Positions 7,370 through 16,103 of a DNA stretch of 19,000 nt are shown piece by piece. The stretch lies in the NCBI GenBank assembly GCA_029762535.1, contig JARVGK010000028.1, positions 22,895-41,894 of the forward strand, given 5' to 3'. Both the position numbers and the translations under genes were made by a program. Numbering within the stretch: position 1 is the stretch's first letter; each line of letters starts with the position of its first letter. This DNA is from Thermoplasmatota archaeon. GTDB lineage: Archaea > Thermoplasmatota > Penumbrarchaeia > Penumbrarchaeales > Penumbrarchaeaceae. Under the pieces are notes generated by a model. It had not been told where the DNA came from. It saw nothing but the letters and a program-made list of their open reading frames with translations, and did not search any database.

Positions 7370-8212
7370 ATGGGAAGACCCGACGGGACTATAGTCAAGG
7401 ACATTCCGAGCTACAGAAGGATGATGCCCTATTTTCTCAAGACCAAAGCCGAGTCGCTGACATATCATTATCCGATGATCCGGGCGGAAAAAGCGCTCGA
7501 GATGGCCGATAGGCTCTCGGTCGAGATGGGCGAGAAGGTCTCGATATTCCCTCTGGTACTGCACTCCCTGGCTAAGACCCTCCACGCCTATCCGAGGTCC
7601 AACCGCTTCGTAAAGGGGGGCAGGCATTATCAGAGGAATGGAGTATGGTTCTCTTTCTCCGTAAAGAAGGAGATGACCGCCCGGTCCTCCATATCGGTAG
7701 TCAAGAGGGAGTTCAAGAAGGAATTCACCCTTCAGGACACAATAAGGGCCGCCAAGGCCACGATCAGGGACGGCAAGGACAAACGGAAGGTTGATCCGGC
7801 CGAGAAGGAGACGAAGAGCTATCTGAGGTTCCCGTCGTTCCTCATAAAGTTGGGCTTTCCCGTTTACAAGTTCATGGACGAGCACGGGCTCTTCTCTCGC
7901 TCCTATGTGGAAAAAGAGCCGATGTACGCTTCGGCCTTCCTGGCGAACGTGGGGTCCTTCAATGCGGATGCCGGATATCATCATCTCTACGAGATAGGTA
8001 CCATCACATTGTTCCTAGTCATAGGCAAGGTCCAGGATATGGTGGTGGCCGAGAACGGCGTCCCGGTGGTCCGCAAGATCCTACCCGTCAAGGTCACCTT
8101 CGACGAGAGGGCCGAGGACGGCCTTTACTGCTCAAGGGGTATGGACTATTTCGTGGACCAGATAGAGAACCCCGAGAAGCTCCTCGAGCCCGTCACCGTC
8201 ATGGAGAAGTGA
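7370..8212 (+). CDS. Stand-alone 2-oxoacid dehydrogenase E2-like (CAT-fold) acyltransferase domain protein, non-canonical active site
   Basis: C-terminal GKVQDMVVAENG.PVVRKILPVKVTFDERAEDG aligns with the E2 catalytic DHRxxDG segment. No lipoyl or subunit-binding domain. TTTTATTA at 7334-7341 suggests a near-leaderless start at ATG 7370 (ORF track start 7346). Confidence 0.85.
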   Translation: MGRPDGTIVKDIPSYRRMMPYFLKTKAESLTYHYPMIRAEKALEMADRLSVEMGEKVSIFPLVLHSLAKTLHAYPRSNRFVKGGRHYQRNGVWFSFSVKKEMTARSSISVVKREFKKEFTLQDTIRAAKATIRDGKDKRKVDPAEKETKSYLRFPSFLIKLGFPVYKFMDEHGLFSRSYVEKEPMYASAFLANVGSFNADAGYHHLYEIGTITLFLVIGKVQDMVVAENGVPVVRKILPVKVTFDERAEDGLYCSRGMDYFVDQIENPEKLLEPVTVMEK

Positions 8213-8955
8213 TCGCTGTCATGCGACTTCAGGCCTATCTCTCCAGATGCGGAAAGGGATCGAGGAGGCGCTGCGAGGACCTCATCGTCCAGGGCAGGGT
8301 CTCGGTCAACGGTGATGTGGTCGATCGCCAGGGCTTCGATGTGGGCGAAGGGGACATCGTCCAGCTGGATGGTGAGGAGGTTCATCCCGTCCCTTATAGA
8401 TATTATATTCTCAACAAACCTAAGGGGTGGATAAGCGTCGACAGGGACCCCAGGGGACGTCCTTATGTCGTGGACCTGATCCCGGGCGCCCGCGAACAAG
8501 GATGTTTCCCCGTCGGCAGGCTGGACATGGACACAACAGGGCTCCTTATCGTGACCAACGACGGTTCCACCGCGAACCGGATCGCCCATCCCAGGTATGG
8601 CGTGGCCAAGACATACACCGCAACTATCAAGGGAAAAGGAAAAGCTAATAGTATTCACACGATGGAAAAAGGCGTTCGAATCGATGACGGCCACATCGTC
8701 CGGGATGTCAGGATCGATGATATTTCCGAGAAGGATGGACACACGATGGTCCGCCTTACCATTCATGAGGGTAAAAGACATGTCGTCAAGAGGATGTTCA
8801 GGAGCATAGGGCTCAAGTTGGAAGAACTGGAGAGGAACGCCATCGGATCGCTCGAGATCGCGGGTCTGGGATTCGGCGAATGGAGGGAGATCTCCCTTGA
8901 CGGGATCGAACGGGCATGCCCAGAGCAGTACGATGTCGAAGATCACCGCTCTTGA
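8209..8955 (+). CDS. rRNA pseudouridine synthase, RsuA/RluB family, with N-terminal S4 domain
   Basis: MRLQAYLSRCG..SRR (S4), LNKPKG, catalytic GRLD in PVGRLDMDTTGLL, HEGKRHVVKRMF. GTG 8209 overlaps the upstream TGA; ATG 8221 is an alternative start. Confidence 0.93.
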   Translation: MIAVMRLQAYLSRCGKGSRRRCEDLIVQGRVSVNGDVVDRQGFDVGEGDIVQLDGEEVHPVPYRYYILNKPKGWISVDRDPRGRPYVVDLIPGAREQGCFPVGRLDMDTTGLLIVTNDGSTANRIAHPRYGVAKTYTATIKGKGKANSIHTMEKGVRIDDGHIVRDVRIDDISEKDGHTMVRLTIHEGKRHVVKRMFRSIGLKLEELERNAIGSLEIAGLGFGEWREISLDGIERACPEQYDVEDHRS

Positions 8956-9704
8956 GTTTTCGGGATCCTCAGGATCGCCCGCAGCCCTTTTGTGCTATCT
9001 TCCGGGACCCGGTCTTTCAACCGAAATGCCCATCCATACCTCGCGGCTATCTCATGGACCATGGAAAGTCCGAGTCCCGATCCGTGATGATCGCTGTTCT
9101 TCAGAAGGTTTCTGAAGCGGAGTGGACCCCTCTCCTTGATCCGATCGGACATGCCTCCCGAGTCGTCCTCGATGATCAGAGCGGACCCCCGTTCATCTTC
9201 GATGAAGGAAACCCTGATCCAGGGTTTTCTCTCTCCAGCGGCCTTGAAGGAGTTGTGCAACAGTTCGGCGAGCATGGGCCTGAGGAAGCGATCGCCATAC
9301 ACCACGACCCGCCCCGTTCCTATCTCGATGTCGATCTGGGGATCGAGTACGGATCCCGAAACAGCATCCGAGATGGCCTCATCGATCACTGGATGCAGGT
9401 CGATCCGCTCAAGAAAAATGGTCTCGGTGCGTGCCTTGAGTATCGTGTTGAGCTTCTCCAAGGACCTTGAAACGGCGAACGAGCTTGTCCTTGCCATCTC
9501 CGAATATCGCCTTGCGGTTACGTTCTCCCCTAGCATGTGATCGATGATGTCGAGATATCCGATCGATGTCGATACGTAGTTGTCGATATCGTGGGCCAGC
9601 ATGTCCATGACCCGGCACATGTCACTTTGCGATATCGCGCTATCCTCCGGTGATCCCTCTTTTTCATCTGTATCTTCCACTGACATCGGCATCGTAACCC
9701 GCAT
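8943..9704 (-). CDS. Histidine kinase (HisKA + HATPase_c) without an evident sensor domain
   Basis: H-box MLAHDIDN, N-box ELLHNSFK, degenerate G1 IEDDSGGM, G2 GSGLGL, and C-terminal DRVPEDSTKG resembling methanogen kinases. Start uncertain (9734 TTG; 9704, 9692 or 9686 ATG). Confidence 0.85.
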   Translation of the reverse strand: MRVTMPMSVEDTDEKEGSPEDSAISQSDMCRVMDMLAHDIDNYVSTSIGYLDIIDHMLGENVTARRYSEMARTSSFAVSRSLEKLNTILKARTETIFLERIDLHPVIDEAISDAVSGSVLDPQIDIEIGTGRVVVYGDRFLRPMLAELLHNSFKAAGERKPWIRVSFIEDERGSALIIEDDSGGMSDRIKERGPLRFRNLLKNSDHHGSGLGLSMVHEIAARYGWAFRLKDRVPEDSTKGLRAILRIPKTQER

Positions 9705-9728
9705 TGTTGAACTTAATCCTTCCCCTTC

Positions 9729-9752
9729 ATCCAATACATCTTAAATATGGAT
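9729..9752. promoter_or_regulatory. Probable shared divergent TATA (TTAAATAT) for the kinase and tauE-like genes
   Basis: Single AT block at 9741-9748 between divergent starts 9704 (-) and 9776 (+), flanked by ATCCA/TGGAT. Confidence 0.4.
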
Positions 9753-9775
9753 CCCGCCCTGCCCATAAGTGGTTC

Positions 9776-10567
9776 ATGATGTCGCTTCTCTGGGCAGTTT
9801 CATACACCCTTGCCTTCTTCCTATCGGGCGCCGTGATCTCCGTTCTGGGCTCCATGACTGGCCTGGGAGGCGGTTTCCTGGCCGTCCCCTATCTCGTTCT
9901 CTTCTGGAGGTTCGGAAGGCAGGAGGCTGTGCTGTCCTCTTTCGTCCTCATTCTGGGGAACTCGATCTCAAGCTCTTTCAGCTTCATCCGATCCTCCATG
10001 GTCAATATCAGACTGGCCCTCCTTATATTCGCCTTAGCCGCCCCATCGATGTTTTTGGGGTATTTCATCCTCGAAGCGATGGACTCGTCGGTATTCGACA
10101 TATCCTTCGCTTCGCTGCTGTTGGTCATGACCATCCTCATTTTGAGAAGGAGGAAAATTCGCTCCGTGGATCAGAGCGAGGATCCGAGGTTTAGTGGCGT
10201 CATTATTCCAACCGCCGTCGTGAGCTTCATCACCGGAACGCTATCCTCCATGTTCGGCATCGGAGGCGGCGCGATACTCATGCCCTATCAGATGAACTAT
10301 CTTAAGGTCAATGTCAAAAGGGCGGTCGCGACATCAATGACGGTAATAGCCCTGATGTCCCTCTTCAGGATCTTCGTGGTATCCGGGGGGGTGTTCGATC
10401 ATATGACAGGGATACCTTTCATGATGGGGGCCATGGTCGGCGGTCAGCTGGGTGTATATTTGGTCAGGAGGCTGAAAGGATCATTCCTCCTTTACCTACT
10501 GGCCGCCTTCCTCTTTCTCATCTCCCTCTATATGGGGGTCGGAGGCGTCTTCTCCCTTCTCCGATGA
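9776..10567 (+). CDS. Sulfite exporter TauE/SafE family membrane protein
   Basis: Two repeats of the family motif (GSMTGLGGGFLAVP; SSMFGIGGGAILMP), AVATS, multiple hydrophobic helices. Start placed at ATG 9776, downstream of the TATA. Confidence 0.9.
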   Translation: MMSLLWAVSYTLAFFLSGAVISVLGSMTGLGGGFLAVPYLVLFWRFGRQEAVLSSFVLILGNSISSSFSFIRSSMVNIRLALLIFALAAPSMFLGYFILEAMDSSVFDISFASLLLVMTILILRRRKIRSVDQSEDPRFSGVIIPTAVVSFITGTLSSMFGIGGGAILMPYQMNYLKVNVKRAVATSMTVIALMSLFRIFVVSGGVFDHMTGIPFMMGAMVGGQLGVYLVRRLKGSFLLYLLAAFLFLISLYMGVGGVFSLLR

Positions 10568-11140
10568 CTGGTCGAACGATTCGAGGCTCATCCCGGATAG
10601 CCTTATGATCTTCTCTATCGCCCTGTCCTTGACGAATCCCTTGACCTTCTTCTTGGATACGGACCCGATCCCGAAGACCTCGGCGAATCGCTGCGTTGTG
10701 GTCAGGACCTTCGTTCCGCGGTCCTTCCTCGAGAGGACAAGGCCCAGCTTAACAAGCTCTTTGACGTGATCGTAAACCTTCGCTCCATACATATCAACTA
10801 GCTCGGACTGCTTCATGGGCTGATGATACGCGATCAAAGCTGCGGTCCTGATCAGCTTCTGGGGGATCTCCGGCGCAGCCAGGGAGCTTACCTTCGGGAC
10901 ATAGGCCTCCTTCAGCCTCATGGCGTATTTCCTTCCGGCCTTGATGATCTCTACCGACGTCTCCCTCCTTGAATATGACTGGGCGAGTTTCTTGAGGTAC
11001 AGGCCCACCATCGCGTCCTCCAACCCGGTGACGGCGGCGATCTCTTCCAGGGTTAGGGGCTTTCCGGCGGAGAAGAGAGCGGATTCCACAAGGAGGAGCG
11101 GCTGCAGGTCGCCAGCCTCATCTGTGTTCTCGTCCGCCAA
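10496..11140 (-). CDS. scpB: SMC-Scp complex subunit ScpB (kite)
   Basis: VESALFSAGKPL, TAALIAYHQP, YDHVKELVKLGLV, TTQRFAEVFG. TTG start with GGAGG SD, downstream of scpA. Confidence 0.93.
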   Translation of the reverse strand: MADENTDEAGDLQPLLLVESALFSAGKPLTLEEIAAVTGLEDAMVGLYLKKLAQSYSRRETSVEIIKAGRKYAMRLKEAYVPKVSSLAAPEIPQKLIRTAALIAYHQPMKQSELVDMYGAKVYDHVKELVKLGLVLSRKDRGTKVLTTTQRFAEVFGIGSVSKKKVKGFVKDRAIEKIIRLSGMSLESFDQSSEKGEDASDPHIEGDEKEEGGQ

Positions 11141-11152
11141 ATCAATGCCTCC

Positions 11153-12166
11153 TCACGTGTTCCAGTTCGGCGGTATTGGGCGCTCCTCGATGATCAGTTC
11201 CCCGGGAGGTATGAGCCTTGAATCATTTGATGAGGCCTTATCGATGTTCGTTTCCAGTTCGCCGAACTCGAGGCCATCCTCCTTGCCCCGGGCGATGTTC
11301 TTCACGAATATCTCGCCCTTGGGAAAGGTCCTCTGGGACAGCATTATCCTCGACCAGTTGGCCAGATGCAGTAACGATATGAAAGTGCTGGTCTCGTCCA
11401 GCTGGAAATCCCTGTGTATCGTGCTGAAGGGTATGGGATGGCCGTTGAACTGGTTCACCCTCTGCCAGGTGAGCTTGATCTCCTCTTCTATGTTCTCGCT
11501 GAACATCTTGCGGTCGATATCGGTCCTGCTGGCGATGTCCATTCGTTTGACCTGCTCGACATGCCTTGACCTGCTCTCTTTGAGGACCTTGACCTCCTCT
11601 TCCACATCCTCTAAGGCCTCCAGCAGGTCGAGGAGCGTGACGGGCCTGTCCCCCTTCCTCACGAGCGATTCCATTATCACGTCCCTGGACCTTATGATCC
11701 CGGTGGTGACGCGGAAGCTCTCGTCATCCTCCATCCATTCGCTGTATCCCTCATCGAATGGCTCATCCTCCTCTATGACCTCGGCCTTCTTCAGGGTGTT
11801 CTCGCTTTTGAGCAGATGCACCGAGTAGGCCATGCTTATGAGCTTGCCCACGACCAGAAGGTTCACCCTCTCGCTCTTCGTGAGCCTGTCCATGAACAGT
11901 TTGCAGAACCTCACAAGGTCCACGTCCCATGGGTCCAGGTATTCGTCTATGGCGAGCTCCATTATCATGGCGATCGAGCGGGAGTACGAATCCCGGATCG
12001 CGACGTGAGCCCCGTCCTTCATCTGCGAGAGGACCTCCATATAGCGGTCCAGCCTGGAGTATCCGTCGGATGAATCGTCGTCTATCAGGGACCTGTGGAA
12101 CAGGAGGTGGTTGAAGACATACTCCTCTATATCTATCGGAAGCTGTTTGGCGGGCCTGTCCTCCAT
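11153..12166 (-). CDS. scpA: Segregation and condensation protein ScpA (kleisin)
   Basis: LDPWDVDLV, RPVTLLDLLEAL, TFISLLHLA..IMLSQ..FPKGEIFV kleisin motifs. TGATG overlap with smc. Confidence 0.92.
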   Translation of the reverse strand: MEDRPAKQLPIDIEEYVFNHLLFHRSLIDDDSSDGYSRLDRYMEVLSQMKDGAHVAIRDSYSRSIAMIMELAIDEYLDPWDVDLVRFCKLFMDRLTKSERVNLLVVGKLISMAYSVHLLKSENTLKKAEVIEEDEPFDEGYSEWMEDDESFRVTTGIIRSRDVIMESLVRKGDRPVTLLDLLEALEDVEEEVKVLKESRSRHVEQVKRMDIASRTDIDRKMFSENIEEEIKLTWQRVNQFNGHPIPFSTIHRDFQLDETSTFISLLHLANWSRIMLSQRTFPKGEIFVKNIARGKEDGLEFGELETNIDKASSNDSRLIPPGELIIEERPIPPNWNT

Positions 12167-15100
12167 CAGACCTCACCTCCGGTGGGCGTTGCTTCCCTGG
12201 AGGCCTGCTTCTCGTATTCCTCCACGTCCTTGAGGTCCACTCTGCCGACCATCACCGAGTTTCCGTCCTGCAGCGTCACACCATATAGGTGATGCGCCTC
12301 CTTTAAAGTTATCTTTCTCAAGCTCACCAGAACGAACTGCGCGGACCTCGAATTCTCGGCGATCATCTTCGCTATTATCTCCGCGTTAACAGCGTCCAGG
12401 TTCTGATCGATCTCATCGAGCAGGTAGAACGGGGAAGGGTCCCAGGCCTGTACGGAGAATATGAAGGCCATCGACGTTAGGGATTTCTCCCCTCCCGAGA
12501 GCGAATACAGGTTGGTCATCTTCTTTCCAGGGGGTTTGACCCTGATGTTGAGTCCTCCGGATAGAGGGTCCTCGGGGTTCTCAAGCTCGAAATGGGCCGT
12601 ACCCTCGCCGGAAATAAGCGTGTATATCCTTCTGAAGTTCTCATCGATCCCCTTGAAGGCCTCGATGAACTCCGTCGTTCTCTTCGAATGTATCTCATCG
12701 ATCAGGGATTCCAATTCGCTCTTCTCCCTCTCAAGGGCCTTGAACTCGGAACCTATCTGTTCCTTCTTCTTCTCCATATCCTCGTACTCCTCGAGAGCCT
12801 TGAGATTCACGTTACCAGCCCTCTCGAGTATGGCCTCGAGGTCCCTGACCTTTCTCATCAGTTCGCGTTCGGAGGGGTAAGGTCCAGGGCCGATATCGAT
12901 GTTCTCGTGAACCCTGAGCTCCCTGAGCACATCAGCCAACTTGTCCTCTGCTATCCGTATGTTCGCCCTCTGCGTTATTATGACCTGGTCCTGCGTCATC
13001 AGGTCCGATCGGCAAGATTCCCTTTTGCTCTGCACCCTTTCCTGGGCCCTTCCTATCTCGGTCAGCTTCTGGTAGAGGTCCCTGGTCTTGGAATCTATGG
13101 AAGAAAGGACGGTCTCGAGAGCCTTGACCTCCTCCATGTGCTTCTCCTCCCGGGACCTGGCCGATCCGATCTCCGAGGAGGCTTGTTCCAGGGCCTTCTC
13201 GATCGATGTGCCTCTGGACCGGAGCTCGTTCATCTTCTCCTCGAACAAACGCATCTGGCCCTTACCCTTCTCCCTCTCCTCCACAAGCGCACCCTTTCTG
13301 GAAAGCAGGTCGTCGTATCTCGTCCTTAGCTCCCTTAGTCGGTCCCTCATCGCCTTGGGGGTCATCTGCTCGACCTTCTCGGCCAGCCCGTCCCTCTCAG
13401 AGGACAGGGATTCGACCCTGCCGCTCAGCTCCTCCATCTCGCTTTCGCATCTGGATATGGTCGAGTCGAGCTCGGTTATCTCGGAGCGTCGTTGGTCCAG
13501 CTCCTTCTCCCTTTCCCCGAGGTTGGTCTCTGATTGTTCCCGGACCTCCTCCAGCTTTCTCCTGCGGCTTTCCATGTCCCTCTCGCCCGAGGTGATCTTG
13601 AGGATGCTCGATTCGAGGGCGTTCACCCGCTCCCTTATCTCGTTCAGGGCAAGGGTCGCCGAATCGGCCTCTCCTATCTTCTCCTTGAGCTTGTTCGAGA
13701 CGTCATCCAGGTCCTTGGGCGATCTCCTGCCGAAGGAGGAGGAGTCCTTCCGGTCGTTAAGGCTTCCACCGGTGATATCGCCTCCCACCCCGGCGATCTC
13801 GCCGGTCAGGGTCACAACGCGCACACCACCCATGACCCTTCTCAAGGTGTCCATACCCTCGACGACAATAGTATCCCCGAAGACCCAGGAGAAGGCCTGG
13901 GCAAAAGCCTGATCGAACTGTATCAGATCTACGGCGTTGCCGATCACGTGCGGATCGTCCATAACCATAAGGGCCTTTGCGCCAGGCTTCCGGCCTTTGA
14001 CCTTGTTAAGGGGCAGGAAGGTCGCCCTGCCCAACCTCTTCTTCTTGAGCCTCTCGATGCATTGTGATGCCACGGAATCATCATCGACTATTATTGCTGA
14101 GACCCTGCCTCCGGCGGCGACCTCCATGGCGAGAGAATATTCCTGCTTGACCTTTCCAAGCTCTCCTATCGTGCCGTAAATACCCCTGATCTCCCCCATG
14201 TCCCTGGCCGAAAGGATGTCATCCACGGCCATAGACACCCCTTTCTTGAGCTTCTCCGATGTCTCGTATTCCACCTTGAGGGAGGTGTATAGCCTGTTCA
14301 GCTGCGTTATCTCGGCCTCCAGGTCCTTGATGGTCGAGACCATGTGCTTCTCCCTGGCCCTCTGCTCCATGAACTCCTTCTGGAGCTTCTTTAAATTCTT
14401 GGCCTGGTCTTCCCTCTCCATTTCCGCAAGGGCCTTCTTCGCGTCTTGGGCCTCATATTTGAGGATGGAGACCATCTGCTCGATGTCGGAGATGATATGC
14501 ATCTTGCCCTCTCTCTGGGCGAGGGCCTTTTCCCTCTCGATGGTAGTACGGGAAAGGGCGTCACGCTCGCTCTCGAGCCTCTTGACGATGCCTCCCAGAT
14601 CCCTTCTCATCCCAAGAAGGTCCATGTCGGAGCGGGCCATACCTTCCTCTATGGATGAGGTCTCCGTCTTGGCCTCATCGATCTCGGTCTCGATGGTCTC
14701 CATCGTCGAATCGATGGAAGCGATCTCCTTCTCGAGCAGCGCTTTTTTCTTCGTTATGTCCTTTAGCTCCATCTCCCTGAGCTTCGCCTCCTTATTAAGC
14801 TCTGATATGGTGTCCTGAGCGGATTCTATCATGTCCCTCGCCCGCATCATCTCGAGCCGGGCACCATCCAGCTTCTCCTTTAGTCTCCTGCCCTCCTCCC
14901 CCGAGATGTCCGCTATCTCCTTTTCGAGCTGTCTCTTGTCGCCCTCGAGCCGTTCCCTTTCCACCTCGAGAACATCTATTTCGGAGCGAAGTTCTATCTT
15001 CCTCTTCTCCGCGTTGGCGATCGCCTCGTTGTAGGACCTCAGCTCTCCCTCGATGGCATCTTTCAGGACCCGGTTGAGGGTCGCCTTCGTGAGGTTGATC

Positions 15101-15780
15101 TCGTTCTGGGCCGATCGGAACTTCTCGGCCTCGTCCTTCTCTTTCTTCAGCTCCCTCAGCCTGGATCTGAGGAAGTCAAGATGCCATTTGATCTTCTCCA
15201 TGTTCTCCAGAGTTCGGGCCTTCTTGACCTGGGCGTTCGATATCTCCTCGTCGTACTTCCTTATCCCCGCTATGTCATCGATCTCCTCCCTGATCTTGAC
15301 CGGGGTCTTGTTGACGAACTCCGCCACATGCCCCTGGAGGACAATGTTGTAGCCTTCTGCCGAAAGATGGGCGTGGGTAAGAATGTTCTCGAACTCACCC
15401 TGGCTCGAGACCCTTCCGTTCACGTAGAAATAGGAGAGGGTCTGGTTGGGGTCCGAGGGTGAGATCTTCAACACCCTTTTGAGCTCGACCTCATCATTGT
15501 CCACAGGGATCAACCTGTCCTTGTTGTCGAATATCAGGGCCACGTGGCACTGGCTGGCGGGTCTGTATCGGTCGTTGCCGTGGAATATCAGGTCAGAGAG
15601 CCTTCTGGCCCTGACCATCTTGGAGGATCTCGGGCCGAGAACGAAGAGTATCGCATCGGCTATGTTCGATTTCCCCGAACCGTTGGGGCCGGTGATCCCG
15701 GTGAATCCTTTGTAGATGGGAACGGTGACCTTCTTCCTGAAGGTCTTGAAATTCTCCATCCTGATCTCCTTGAGATGCAT
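12166..15780 (-). CDS. smc: Chromosome segregation ATPase Smc
   Basis: Walker A GPNGSGKSN, Q-loop VLQG, coiled coils, hinge GRATFLPL, signature LSGGEKS, Walker B LLDEID. SD GGTGG. Confidence 0.98.
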   Translation of the reverse strand: MHLKEIRMENFKTFRKKVTVPIYKGFTGITGPNGSGKSNIADAILFVLGPRSSKMVRARRLSDLIFHGNDRYRPASQCHVALIFDNKDRLIPVDNDEVELKRVLKISPSDPNQTLSYFYVNGRVSSQGEFENILTHAHLSAEGYNIVLQGHVAEFVNKTPVKIREEIDDIAGIRKYDEEISNAQVKKARTLENMEKIKWHLDFLRSRLRELKKEKDEAEKFRSAQNEINLTKATLNRVLKDAIEGELRSYNEAIANAEKRKIELRSEIDVLEVERERLEGDKRQLEKEIADISGEEGRRLKEKLDGARLEMMRARDMIESAQDTISELNKEAKLREMELKDITKKKALLEKEIASIDSTMETIETEIDEAKTETSSIEEGMARSDMDLLGMRRDLGGIVKRLESERDALSRTTIEREKALAQREGKMHIISDIEQMVSILKYEAQDAKKALAEMEREDQAKNLKKLQKEFMEQRAREKHMVSTIKDLEAEITQLNRLYTSLKVEYETSEKLKKGVSMAVDDILSARDMGEIRGIYGTIGELGKVKQEYSLAMEVAAGGRVSAIIVDDDSVASQCIERLKKKRLGRATFLPLNKVKGRKPGAKALMVMDDPHVIGNAVDLIQFDQAFAQAFSWVFGDTIVVEGMDTLRRVMGGVRVVTLTGEIAGVGGDITGGSLNDRKDSSSFGRRSPKDLDDVSNKLKEKIGEADSATLALNEIRERVNALESSILKITSGERDMESRRRKLEEVREQSETNLGEREKELDQRRSEITELDSTISRCESEMEELSGRVESLSSERDGLAEKVEQMTPKAMRDRLRELRTRYDDLLSRKGALVEEREKGKGQMRLFEEKMNELRSRGTSIEKALEQASSEIGSARSREEKHMEEVKALETVLSSIDSKTRDLYQKLTEIGRAQERVQSKRESCRSDLMTQDQVIITQRANIRIAEDKLADVLRELRVHENIDIGPGPYPSERELMRKVRDLEAILERAGNVNLKALEEYEDMEKKKEQIGSEFKALEREKSELESLIDEIHSKRTTEFIEAFKGIDENFRRIYTLISGEGTAHFELENPEDPLSGGLNIRVKPPGKKMTNLYSLSGGEKSLTSMAFIFSVQAWDPSPFYLLDEIDQNLDAVNAEIIAKMIAENSRSAQFVLVSLRKITLKEAHHLYGVTLQDGNSVMVGRVDLKDVEEYEKQASREATPTGGEV

Positions 15781-15870
15781 CTATCCACCATGTTCGACGA
15801 GTGCTCCGGTAAAGGCAGGCCTCAGAGCTGTATCCCATCCCGTCGCTCTGTTGTACTATAATGGAGAAAA

Positions 15871-15883
15871 GGATATATATAGA
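15871..15883 (-). promoter_or_regulatory. Putative TATA of the smc operon (TATATATAT)
   Basis: AT block about 90 nt upstream of the smc ATG, just after the stop of the small upstream gene. Confidence 0.4.
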
Positions 15884-15887
15884 TGAG

Positions 15888-16103
15888 CTAAAACGAGCCT
15901 CTCTTTTTGTTGAGATCATGATATTTCACCCATCCGTACGCCCAAGCTGCGGCAACAGCGGCGAGGACCGCGAATGTGATGATGCCCAGGACTATGCCCA
16001 AGGCCCTCTCCGATGCTACATGACCTGCACCAGGGGCAGCGATCGAGATCGACATTGATAGGGCCATCGAGCATATGAGGGCAACACAAATAGTAGATAT
16101 CAT
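15888..16103 (-). CDS. Small (71 aa) hypothetical membrane protein
   Basis: MISTICVALICSMALSMSISIAA...ALGIVLGIITFAVLAAVAAAWAYGWVKYHDLNKKRGSF has two hydrophobic segments and a basic tail. TATAAA on - at 16136-16131. The longer 178-aa ORF call overlaps the GNAT gene antisense. Confidence 0.65.
   Translation of the reverse strand: MISTICVALICSMALSMSISIAAPGAGHVASERALGIVLGIITFAVLAAVAAAWAYGWVKYHDLNKKRGSF

Noticed and set aside
12310-12335. Smc H-loop reads VSLR, without His
   Set aside because: Leu at this position is common in archaeal and some eukaryotic SMC proteins; not evidence of inactivation.
10496-15780. Possible Wadjet/MksBEFG defence system
   Set aside because: Canonical Smc with a typical hinge, canonical ScpA and ScpB motifs, and no JetD/MksG nuclease nearby.
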